DNA from: Haliotis rubra
Lineage: Eukaryota
Reading direction: 5' to 3'
Length of the DNA stretch: 64,000 nucleotides
Assembly (NCBI RefSeq): GCF_003918875.1
Contig: NW_025767507.1
Span: 186,001 to 250,000, forward strand
Below are positions 1 through 10,462 of the stretch, in pieces. The number at the start of each line of letters is the position of its first letter. The stretch's first letter is position 1. The position numbers and the translations under genes are program-made. The notes below the pieces were generated by a model. It did not search any database. It was not told where the DNA came from and saw only the letters and a list, made by a program, of their open reading frames with translations.

Positions 1-433
1 GTTATCCTCCGCCGAGCGTTTAGCGAGAAGTGGGGGATATAGTATTAGGCTCTGTCCGTATCGTACGAATTGGAATATCTTAAGAACAGTTCACTAGATT
101 CTTTTCATATTTGGTACCTAGGTTCCTCACAGTATAAGAAAGGTTCAAGTCAGGTTTGGTGACCTTGACCTTCATTTCAAGGTCACAAGGGGACGCTTAA
201 CGTTTTACCTGCATGTTAAGCTATCTCAAGAACCGGTCACTGGATTTCTTCATATTTGACACCAAGCTTTATCTGGGGAAGGCTATATCACCTTAGTGCT
301 TGTTTGTTAATTGACATTGACTTGACGTCTGTTCTGTGGCTACTCACATTGCTGAACTGATGATAAAGGATTGTGTTGTTTACATTTCAGCCATAGATTT
401 TCTTGTCACCCTAGTGACCAGACAACTAGAGTT
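1..433 (+). mobile_element. HINE/DINE-1-like (Helentron-associated) non-autonomous element, family A
   Basis: 5' stem ttatcctccgc..gtgggggata, tccgt-type microsatellite, core with ggtgaccttgacc, 3' hairpin gtcac-cta-gtgac; homologous to 2091-2872. Confidence 0.6.
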
Positions 434-468
434 TAGTGCAATGTAAGTATGTATGTTGCATGTTTCAG

Positions 469-599
469 AGTTGCGGTTGATGTTCAGTCTGATGGACCGA
501 GTGGCAGATGGCATCACACCAATGCTGCACGACCTAGAGTCACATATCATCAGTCAAGGCCTGGCAGACATGATGGCCTCCGCCGAGACAATCACCTCA
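469..599 (+). CDS. CUL5: CUL5 exon (LRLMFSLMDRV...AETITS)
   Basis: tttcag acceptor, gtaagt donor, CUL5 homology. Confidence 0.92.
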
Positions 600-3500
600 G
601 TAAGTCCAATAAGTCTGGGTTAGGATTGCTAGGGATTGGATCGAATCGCTCCACAGTAACCGATCCATGTCATATGAGTCGAGTAAATCGGAGAGTCATA
701 AACGTCTGATTGTGTAACATGTAATGTTTAGGTTACAGAGTTTGTTGTGATTATTTTCCATTTCTTGTATGTTTCAGGATTCCGAGAAGTATGTTGAGCA
801 GCTGCTTGACCTATTCAACCGATTCAGTACCCTGGTACGAGAAGCCTTCAGCGATGACCCACGCTTCCTCACGTCAAGAGACAAGGTACTCAAACTTGAT
901 AATCTGTTGAGCGTTTAACATTTTTATGTTGGGGGACAGATACCCCACTGTGTAAATGTTAATGTTGATTAACTCAGGACACATACAGTTATGCTGTTAA
1001 CATCTCATGTCTATTTTTCTCTCTTTTCAGGCCTATAAGAGTGTAGTAAACGACACATCAGTATTCAAGTTAGAAATTCCATTGAAAAACAAGGGGTAAG
1101 TTGATGCTAAGATTATTGGATGGTTTGAGTGATAGGCGTGTCAAAATCCCATGTCAGGTTCTTGGAGTCTTGGTTGTGTCAAACATGGCTTCGATCCCTG
1201 GGAAATCCTTTCATATTTATTATCGTCTGTGGTTGAATCTGTTGAACTGTTTGGTTTGAATTCTGAGTCGTCTCAAAATCATTTGGGAATCCAAAGTGTC
1301 CTAATTAGCAGTAAGAATATAGTATACTCAAACAGTTCAGAGTGGAGACAAATGTCCACACAGCCACACTTGCCCAACTTGAACTCTCTTAACACCCAAC
1401 TGACTAAACTCTCTGCGATTGTATGAAATATATCAGGTTTTTTAAATAACTGAACACAACATGTATCCAGTCAAGCCTAGCTAACTGGTACACCTGTCAC
1501 CAAAGGTAGAAGCTGCTTATTGTAGTAACATCGGCTGTTACTGAAGTGTTTTCAGGCAGCTACTGATATGTAGTGTCTTCATCTGGAGGTATTCTGGGGT
1601 CTGGGAGATGATGTGATGTCAGGGTATTGATAGTGAGCAGCAACTAGGATACAATCTAATGCTACTTACAATGGCCTTATGTGAGCCTTACACAATATAC
1701 AATATGTAGAAACTCAGTTGATTGTCTGTGTAAGTGAAGGCCAGCATGTTTTGCATGGCATGATGCACTGGTTTGTGTTACAGAGTGGGCACCAAGACAC
1801 AGCCGGAGTCCAAGTGTCCGGAGCTCCTGGCTAACTACTGTGATATGTTGCTGCGGAAAACTCCCCTCAGTAAAAAACTAACCTCTGAAGAAGTCGAGAA
1901 GAAACTTAAAGATGTTGTAAGTTGATTGATTCTACAAGGTTCTTCACATTGTAATTAGAATTCATCTTAAGTTTCTTGTAAATTGTAGTGTTTTCTATCA
2001 TGATGATGCTTCACTTAAAAGCAAATGTAATGAAATGTTGAAACATATGTTTGTCTTGTGGGATGTTTTTATTATTATTGCTATTATATTATATAGTATT
2101 AGGCTCCGTCCGTACGTATGTACGAATTGGAATATCTTAAGATCCGTTGACTAGATTCTTTTCGTATTTGGTACCTAGGTTCATCACAGTATAAGAAAGT
2201 TCCCAGTCAGGTTTGGTGACCTTGACCTTCATTTCAAGGTCACAATGGGACTTTAATGTTTTACGCTTGTCATCAAGATATCTCAAGTACCGGTAACTAG
2301 ATTTTCTTCATATTCAACACAAAGCTTTATCTAGGGAAGGCACAGGGCCCAGTCTATTTTGGTGACCTTCACATAATTTTCAAGGTCATGGCGACTCTTT
2401 GAAGATTTCAGCATATTAACCTGCTTGTTATGCTTGTCAGCGAGATACCTCAAGAACCATTCTCTGGATTTTCTTTATATTTGACATCAAGCTTTATCTA
2501 GCGAAGGCACAGGGCCCAGTCGATTTTGGTGACCTTCACTTAATTTTCAAGGTCACTGCGACACTTTGAAGATTTCAGCATGTTAACCTGAATTCCCTGA
2601 ATTTTCTTCAAAGACTTTCAAGACTTCCCTTTCAATAAGCAATTTCTTTAGTACCACTTTTGCTTATTTCATACACTATGACATTCATATCAAGGTCAAA
2701 GTCAGTCTTGAAAATATTTGTGTGTTTGAACAACTAAAGAGCAAGATATCAAGAGAGGTTGACTGGTCATGTTTTTGTTGACATTTAACTTCATCTTAAA
2801 CTTTCATTACTTTTTAAGTTTGATTTAATAATTTTTGCAGGGGATTATGTCACCTTAGTGACAATGCTTGTTCATACACGAACCGCATCTGTGGTGTAGT
2901 GGTTAGAATGTCCACCCGGAGAGCGGAAGGTCGTGGGTTCAATCCCCGGCCGTTTCATACCAAAAGACGTTAAAATATGGAACTTGTTGGTCCCTGCCTA
3001 GGGCTTTCGGCATTAATGGGTACAACAAGGACTGGTCGGCTCGGAGTCAGTATAATGTGTCTGAGTGGGGTATTCATGCTTAACTGCGGCATGGTATCTC
3101 AGTGAGCTAGCACTATAAGACCAGCTTAAATCTGGGCTAGTACAAGCAGCCACACATACACACGCATGCACTGCGTCATGTGAGCGAAATATTCTGAAGT
3201 ACGACGTTAAACCCAATTTCACTTCACCTCACATTATTCCTACATGAAAACAGTTCCTTACTTCTTGCTGTATCTGCCCAGTTTCAAGTACTAAATAACT
3301 ATTTTGTTATGGCTAAGAATGTTCAACATGCAAAACTGATGTTTCTCTTTCCCACCGTTTCAGTTATTAGTGTTAAAGTATGTGATGAACAAAGACGTGT
3401 TTATGCGGTACCATAAAGCTCACCTGACACGACGGCTCATCTTGGACACGTCCGCGGACAATGAGAAGGAAGAAAACATGGTGGAGTGGCTGAGGGTAAG

Positions 3501-6500
3501 TCTCAGCCCAGTCTTGTGGGGGCACCATGGCCGTTAGGGTCTGTTCTTAATTTATGGCTACAGGGGTGATGATGATTTTAAGGGGGGTCACCCATTTTGT
3601 TCTGCACAATAATTCTGTCATCAATTTTGTACACATGTTCTTGGGGGTCAGCAATTTTGTACATAAAAAACATAAAAATGTTAAAGAATTATGCTGAAAA
3701 ATTATGGGAAGGTGGGGGTGTGTCTTTGATTTTGTACATGACATGGGGACATGGGAGGGGTGGGGGCACTTACCTTGTACATGAATTTTATGGGGGAGTC
3801 ATTCCCATTGCTCCATATAAATCATCCTCATTACCCACCCCCACCCCTACCCCTGAAGACCAGGGTTTGATTCCCCTAGTTAAGAGAAAAATATTGAATA
3901 ATATGTGTTGCAGATATGCAGAATATATCTCATTCCCAGAAATTACAAATGTTACACATTCTTGGGGTTGGGGGTAATCTGGTTCAGCTTATGTGAGTGT
4001 TAATCCTGATCAATATAGTTTGATGCATGCTGTAGCTCATGTTTATGTTCTACCCACAGGAGGTTGGTATGCCAGCAGACTATGTCAACAAGCTGGCCAG
4101 GATGTTCCAGGACATCAAGGTCAGTGAGGACCTCAACAACGAGTTCAAGGACGCCCACCGAAACAACAATGAAGGATTGGCAGGTGAGCTTTGTTTAGAT
4201 GATTCCATGACATTTTGACACAGGTGTGAATAGTGGATTTATATTGTTAGTATATGGCCATTACTAAAATGAAACTGTTTGAGGAATGGCTTGACGTTAT
4301 TGAGATGTTTTGGATTTGGGTTGTTCACAGTCTTCACAGAGTTCTTTCTGTCATGTCACAGAGTTCTTTGTTCCACTTCCACTCACTCACTCACACTGTG
4401 TACATCCTTGAGGTAGGTCAACACAATCTGTTGACTTTCTTATCAGTTTGGCAAAATAGTCAAAATACTGTATTGTTATCTTCAACATTAAAGCCTGGAA
4501 CTTAATACCCCAAATGATTTGGATCTGTTTAAAGAGGTGAAGGTGGTATATGAATTCATTAAACAATAATGTTACTATTTCAGATGCAATAAACATAAAG
4601 ATCCTGAACGCAGGGGGCGTGGGCGCGGTCTAGCGACAGAGTAGCTGTGTCGCTTCCCATGGAACTGGAAGACTATATTCCGCAGGTGGAAGAGTTCTAC
4701 AAACAGAAGCACAGTGGTCGCAAACTTCAGTGGCATCATCTTATGTCTAATGGCATTGTGAGTCGGTTGGCGAACAGCAAGTCGGGGAGGGGTAGCATGT
4801 GTCCACCAGCCTACACTTGTCTGTCTGATGGTTAGGCTTGATTTGGTCATGGTGCAGGACCTGACCATATGGGTGGTCAAGCTTGGTGACTTCAATGGTG
4901 GCAGGTTGTCATGCAACCATATTGTCAAGCACTCGTCCAGACTTGATTATTTACAGGCCTTTAAAATAGCTAGAACATTGATTATTTGAAAAATCATTTC
5001 AGTATTTAGAACCAGATTCCACCAAAATGATCAGGTGAAGTATAATGCAAATGTTGTCCAGAAAACCATCAACAGTAATCAAAGATAATTGGTGATCTGG
5101 CAGCAGAATTTATGACATAACACATTGTCACTCTCATATATATACGGGTAATTAGTAATCCCCCACAACAACGAAGTTGCGGGGGATATAGAAACGAGTT
5201 CCATGCGTCCGTGTGTCTGTCCGTGCGTACGTCACATTTTGTCCAAAGCAAATCTCCTAAACTATTTGTGATAGCTTAACCAAACCTGGTACATGTCAAC
5301 CATGATCCCTAGATGTGCCTTGTGGGGGTTAGACCCAGATGCGAATTATATTTTTTGCGTTTCCATAGAAACATGACTTAAGCTATGACTATGAGGATGT
5401 CATCTTGTCCGGAGCAGATCTTCCAAACTATACATGCTAGCTTCATCAAACTTGGTACACATGTCAACCATGATCCCTAGATGTGCCTTTTGGGGTTTAG
5501 ACCCATATATGAATTTTATTTTTGTGGTTTCCATGGAAACATGACAGGCTGTGACTATGAGGATGTCATCTTGTTGTATTCCCATGGCGACAAGTTAGGC
5601 TTCAACTGTTAGTGCTCCTTTCTGGAGCAGATCTTAAAAACCTATCAATACTCTCCTTCCACTTTGCTGTATACACTCCAAAACATTTGAGGGGCGGTGG
5701 GGTAGCCTAGTGGTTAAAGCGTTCGCTTGTCACGCCTGAAGACCCGGTTCGATTTCCCCACATGGGCAAAATGTGTGAAGCCCATTTCTGGTGTTCCCCG
5801 GCCGTGATGTTGCTGGAGTATTGCTAAAAGCGGCGTAAAATCAAACTCACTCACTCACTCCAAAACATTTGACATAATCATAATTAGTAGACATATTCAT
5901 AAATATTATTTTGCCGTTGAGGGGGATATTGATGACTTTGTCTTCTTGTTACTATAGTAATCACCAATTCCAACATTTGCCACATGTTTTGGGAAATATA
6001 ATGCAGAAGATGATACACTCTCCTCCAAAGCAGTGAAGTGTACCTGATTTATTCATATGGCCATAGTTAATCTGTAGTCACTGGTGGGTACTGTAACAGC
6101 CTTGATGGTGTTCTTTAACATGTTTCTAGTAGGATATATTTATCAAGCCATAAAAGTATCCGTGAGATTCCTGCTGCCTGGGTGCGGCTGTGGCACCTCC
6201 ACATGGTTGGCACTCACACTATTGATCACTGGTTTGTCAGGCCTGGTTTCAACATTGAAGACATTTACCTTCCTTCCTTGACACTGTGTTTCTTCATGCT
6301 TCCAGATAACATTTTGCAATGATTTAGGAAGATATGATCTAGAAGTTACAACATTTCAAATGGGAGTTTTGTTTGCCTGGAACCAGAGACCCAGGGACAA
6401 AATATCCTACGAGAGTTTGAAGTTAGCAACTGAACTCCCCGATGCAGAACTCAGGAGGACGTTGACCTTTATGATGGGTGAGGTCATTGGCTCCCTCCCT

Positions 6501-8613
6501 CTGCAAGCATTCTGCGTTCTGCTGTTGATTTTGTTGACAGTTACTACAGATTCTTTAAACATGACCTAGTTGTCTGTCATTGCATCAAGGTCATTTAATA
6601 CAGACACAACATTAAGCCTTGCTTCTCATCACAAACTGGCCATAAAATACTGTTTTTACTTTTGTCCATATTATATATGTCCTGTGTCTGTTTCAATTCC
6701 AAAGGTGAACGTGGATGAAACCCCTCATGACTAAAGGACTTTCTGATTTCATTGTATTTGCAACCATCTTGTGTGCTCACACTGTTGACCACTAGTTTTG
6801 TCTACTGGTTTGTTAGATCCAGATTTGAACATATACATGAGGAACCACTATAAAATAACCATAAGTGCAATTACCTCCCTTTCCAAAACTACTACATTCA
6901 CACATTTGTATTCACTTTATGTAGCGGAGGTCAAGCCTGGCCATTGTTGGTTCTGGTTTTCTAGAGCCAATATGCCAAAGCAAAAATGATCAATACTCTT
7001 ATCAGAAATGTTTCTGTGGTAATGAAACAGTTTCAATTTTCATTTTGATTATGTCCCATTTGCAATCAAACTAAGATTGATTATGTTTATTTACTTTTCA
7101 ACAATTAAACTTCATTTAATGTTCAAGAACATGAGTTGGTACAGCCTTACTGCTATTACATTATGATGTCACTGACCAGTGTTTCTGTGCTTCAGTCCCT
7201 GGTGGCGTTTCCCAAGATAAAGCGACAGATCTTGTTGTGTAGTCCGGATGTGAAGGCCCCCAAGGATGTTGACGACAACACACAGTTCTGGATCAATCAG
7301 GAGTTTGCCCTTATGTGAGTCATGCTGTCCTCCTGTTGTGTAGATAAGTGGAGGTTTACTACACCTGTCCAGCTGGTTCAGACTGACCTCATGAAATTCC
7401 ATACACACTACATGTGATACATGAATTTATCTCTTATGAACAGAGATGCATTTTCTCTGAAATAAGTTGCTGTGACAATGTGAGATCGACCTTACGACTG
7501 CTTTTGGTTCGAAAAGGTATTTTCAAAATGTGAATTGTTATGCAATGAGCAGATAATGTGGAATGAAGCACTATGGTGTCCCAACTGTACAGGCTGGCTG
7601 GCTAAACGGCTTGTATAGGTTGTTACAAGATGCTATCATGGGATGGGAGGTATGTAATTCACAAGAAACTTTGGTACATGTATATCCTGTGTAAATAGTT
7701 TATGATGATATATAGAGCTGGATGTAGCTGGAGCTATACTTGTTCTCTTGCTGGTCCTACATGGAGGAAATGTAATATCATGAATGTCATATTGCAGCAA
7801 AAACGGAAAAGTTCAAAAGCGTGGCAAGATGAACCTGGTTGGCCGTCTGCAGCTATCTACAGAGAAGACAAAGGAGGAGGATAATGAAGGCATAATGCAG
7901 CTTAGGATATTACGTGTACAGGTGAGTGTCTGGGATGTATTCTGTACAGGGATTACTGTAGGAGATAATGAAGGCATAATGCAGCTTAGGATATTATGTG
8001 TACAGGTGAGTGTCTGGGATATATTCTGTACAGGGATTACTGTAGGAGATAATGAAGGCATAGCACAACTTGGATGTTATGAGCATAGGTCAGTAAGAAT
8101 GAAAAACAATGATATTTTTTGGTGCAGGCAAGATAATGTGTAATAGAGGGGATGGTTGTTGATGATCCACAGTGTTTCTATTGTGATGATTGTGACATTG
8201 ATAACATTAATGTATCATATGAATAGTCTGTACAGAAACCCTGTTAAGGTCTGTGTCAGTATATATTGTAGGTTTCACCACATTGGTAATGTCTATGACC
8301 TGTATCAATTTAGGTTTTAGTCTGCCATTAATCTGCCACGCTGTGACACGACTAAAGGATTCTTCCAATTTTCAGAGTCCATCTCACTCACTCACTCTTG
8401 TATCTGATTTGTTTCCAGGAGGCAATAGTGAAAATAATGAAGATGAGGAAAAGAATTACAAACGCTGCCTTACAGACCGAACTTGTAGAAATCCTGAAAA
8501 ACATGTTTCTGCCTTCAAAGAAACTGATTAAAGAACAGATCGAGTGGCTCATTGAGCACAAGTATATGAAGCGAGACGAGGAGAACATCAACATGTTCAT
8601 ATACATGGCATGA
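469..8613 (+). CDS. CUL5: Cullin-5, 3' portion (11 exons; 5' exons upstream of window; two apparent frame disruptions)
   Basis: GT-AG exons 469-599, 778-885, 1031-1095, 1784-1916, 3364-3495, 4060-4183, 4584-4757, 6306-6477, 7196-7314, 7798-7921, 8419-8613. Translation matches CUL5 motifs: DSEKYVEQLL, ESKCPELLANYCDMLLRKTPLSKKLT, NKDVFMRYHKAHLTRRL, HSGRKLQWHHLMSNG, EAIVKIMKMRK (neddylation motif), C-terminus KEQIEWLIEHKYMKRDEENINMFIYMA*. Confidence 0.96.
778..885 (+). CDS. CUL5: CUL5 exon (DSEKYVEQLL...DDPRFLTSRDK)
   Basis: AG/GT boundaries, phase 0-0, CUL5 homology. Confidence 0.93.
1031..1095 (+). CDS. CUL5: CUL5 exon (AYKSVVNDTSVFKLEIPLKNKG)
   Basis: AG/GT boundaries, CUL5 homology. Confidence 0.92.
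1784..1916 (+). CDS. CUL5: CUL5 exon (VGTKTQPESKCPELLANYCD...KLKDV)
   Basis: AG/GT boundaries, CUL5 homology. Confidence 0.93.
2091..2872 (+). mobile_element. HINE/DINE-1-like element, family A, with about 3 internal 146-167 bp tandem units
   Basis: High similarity to 38-280; ggtgacctt recurs at ~2215, 2361, 2528; 3' end ggggatta + gtcaccttagtgac hairpin + cttgtt. Confidence 0.65.
2882..3232 (+). mobile_element. tRNA-derived SINE, family 2 (RUDI/Meta-domain-like)
   Basis: Pol III A box tggtgtagtgg and B box ggttcaatccc; central cataccaaaagac...gtcagtataatgtgtctgagtggg; tail gacgttaaacccaa then (tcac)-type repeats; degenerate TSD ttcatacacgaa/ttcctacatgaa. Confidence 0.75.
3364..3495 (+). 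CDS. CUL5: CUL5 exon (LLVLKYVMNKDVFMRYHK...VEWLR)
   Basis: AG/GT boundaries, cullin homology domain. Confidence 0.93.
3535..3850 (+). mobile_element. Fragment of a non-autonomous DNA transposon (Harbinger-like terminus)
   Basis: tagggtctgttcttaatttatggcta..ggggtgatgatg resembles the reverse complement of 52815-52860. Confidence 0.35.
4060..4183 (+). CDS. CUL5: CUL5 exon (EVGMPADYVNKLARMFQDIKVSEDLN...)
   Basis: AG/GT boundaries, CUL5 homology. Confidence 0.93.
4584..4757 (+). CDS. CUL5: CUL5 exon (AINIKILNAG/AWARSS...LMSNGI) with +1 G at 4613-4617
   Basis: AG/GT boundaries; homology switches frame at the G5 run. Confidence 0.88.
5154..5950 (+). mobile_element. HINE/DINE-1-like element, family B, with ~168 bp internal repeats and a nested SINE
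   Basis: 5' stem atcccccacaac..gttgcgggggat, (gtcy)-type microsatellite, tandem core, 3' gggggatattgatgactttgtcttcttgtt; inverse homolog at 54456-55541. Confidence 0.7.
5691..5855 (+). mobile_element. tRNA-derived SINE, family 1
   Basis: A box tagcctagtgg, B box ggttcgatt, (actc)n tail, 17-bp TSD cactccaaaacatttga (5674-5690 / 5856-5872). Confidence 0.9.
6306..6477 (+). CDS. CUL5: CUL5 exon (ITFCNDLGRYDLEVTTFQ...ELRRTL[10 nt]W)
   Basis: tccag acceptor, gtgagg donor at 6478; 10 extra nt before the Trp codon make the 3' boundary uncertain (alternative 6482). Confidence 0.82.
7196..7314 (+). CDS. CUL5: CUL5 exon (SLVAFPKIKRQILL...NQEFAL)
   Basis: AG/GT boundaries, CUL5 homology. Confidence 0.92.
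7798..7921 (+). CDS. CUL5: CUL5 exon (KNGKVQKRGKMNLVGRLQL...LRILRVQ)
   Basis: AG/GT boundaries; duplicated donors downstream. Confidence 0.9.
7880..8095 (+). repeat. 84-bp tandem repeat (about 2.5 copies) of CUL5 exon end + splice donor
   Basis: gataatgaaggcata at 7880, 7964, 8048; cag/gtgagt at 7922 and 8006. Confidence 0.92.
8419..8613 (+). CDS. CUL5: CUL5 terminal coding exon (winged-helix B/neddylation domain)
   Basis: ccag acceptor; EAIVKIMKMRK...FIYMA, TGA at 8611-8613. Confidence 0.95.
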   Translation, partial: EAIVKIMKMRKRITNAALQTELVEILKNMFLPSKKLIKEQIEWLIEHKYMKRDEENINMFIYMA

Positions 8614-10292
8614 ACACTAGCAACATGAACATTATGCAATTTTCAGGGACGTGAAAATTTCATACTAGACTGAAGAAGGTTTTCCCCTGTACACATGGGG
8701 CAGTTTTAATTCATTGTCTATTTATTGGTGCAAGCCTGAGTGTGAACACAGTTGGATGTTTTCAGAGGTCAGCCAGTGAGCTGGCCCAAGCAGTAGGTCT
8801 CTTGAAATGTCCTGAATGATCAGGTGGGACAAGCAGCCTTCTGGGCCCACTGTACTGATGTTTGGATTCAATTTAATGGAAGTGTTCAAATGACTGAGAG
8901 CTAGAATTCCTTGAATGGTGAAATTGTATTCAGATTTATGACTAAATTATGAAACAAGTTGGTTTTTCAAAGTTTGAGTCAGAAATATTGAAGTCGGCAA
9001 GCTTGTCACTAAAGCATTTTAGGATGGATGTCATGCCAAATGATGGCACTGTTATCTTAAACTCCTACAGATGTCAACTTCAGTGAATTACTTGCTCATA
9101 TTTAGAACAACACCTAAATGCACATTTTAGAAATACCATTGAATATTATACTTCTAAAATTGTTAAGGAAAACACTATACATTCATGTTACTATAGTTCA
9201 TCTCCTCCGGCATTAATCCAACACTTGAAATAATGTACTAGTTTACAGCTCTCTAAGCAATGTCAGCAAGTTTTACAAACTGCATCTCATAACTTTTCTC
9301 CATGTCTGAAATATGGCAGTTCTAGTGGTCATGAAAGCATCTGCGTCTTACCGTCCCTTTGGCTGAAGATTGTCTGAAGAAGTTCCAAGTTCCTGTGGTG
9401 GACAGGCAGGATTACCTACAGCTAGACACCAGTCCAGCAAGACTGTGGGGAGCATGGACATTGGAAGTGAGAAGTCTGCTGAAGGTGGAGACACAAAGCA
9501 GCCTAGACTGCTGTGTTCACTTCATAGATAACCTGTCTTGATTATGGTATAAAAGTTGGTCATCTAGTAAAGTAAGTCCGCCAATATGGAGATATCTTGA
9601 TACAGTGGAAACCTGTTAATCTGTTCTTTGCAACATGTAATGGATTGACCAATGTCTGGATTATGGAAACTACATTGTTAGGAGTGCCTGATTGCCACTG
9701 TACAGGGTTTGCTGTAAAGGAAGTGTTTGGTTGTCAACATTTTAATGGCCTACTTGAAGGATCTTCCACCTGCTGGGACATTGGTAGCCATGTGGCTATG
9801 GCCTTGCTCTGAAGCGTTGTGTTCCTTAGTCAACCCCATTTGATGTATTACAATTTCTATCTAACCACAATTATCCAGAAAGGGAGGTGTCCAGATTTGT
9901 CAGGGTCCTCTCCTACAGGGTCTCACTGTACAGGGTGAAACAGTTTTACAGGGCTGCTAGTTATACAGAATAGTCAACTGGTTGAAAGACACCACATCTA
10001 TGAGATCAACACTGTTGAATCTAGAATGGTTGACAGTTAAATATTTCTTGAAATAATGTTCTTTATACGCACACATAAAGCTTGTAGTATGCTCCATATT
10101 TCTCTATTAGATGTCTATGCCAATTACATGAAATGTTTTAACGTGTTTCAATCAAATAAGGTTTTACCAATACTTTTATGATGTGAGTGTCAGAATATTG
10201 AGTACATCCTATCAGTCTTTTGCCCTCTCATCTGTGTTAAAAGAGACTGACAACTTTCTGCCCTGTATGCAGTGGGGTACACCTGACTAATA

Positions 10293-10462
10293 GCCTTTAT
10301 TTGAAGAGACACATATCATTTATGACCTTTATTCAGAGGACACATGATTTATTACCTGTATTTAGAAAGACACATTATTAATAACCTTTATTCAAAAACA
10401 GATAACCTTTAAGCAAAGAGACAGATATGATTGATTTCCTTGATTAAGAAAGACACATGATT
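10293..10462 (+). repeat. Degenerate ~30-bp minisatellite (about 6 copies)
   Basis: Recurring cctttatt...agacaca(t)..att unit. Confidence 0.6.

Noticed and set aside
2882-2955. tRNA gene-like sequence (also at the heads of the other SINE copies)
   Set aside because: A/B boxes run directly into SINE bodies with tails and TSDs; these are SINE heads, not tRNA genes.
4840-6850. Fragments of an older SINE family (gatcactggtttgtc..ccagacttgattatttaca) at ~4840-4990, 6130-6260, 6770-6850
   Set aside because: Probably real but too degraded to give defensible boundaries.
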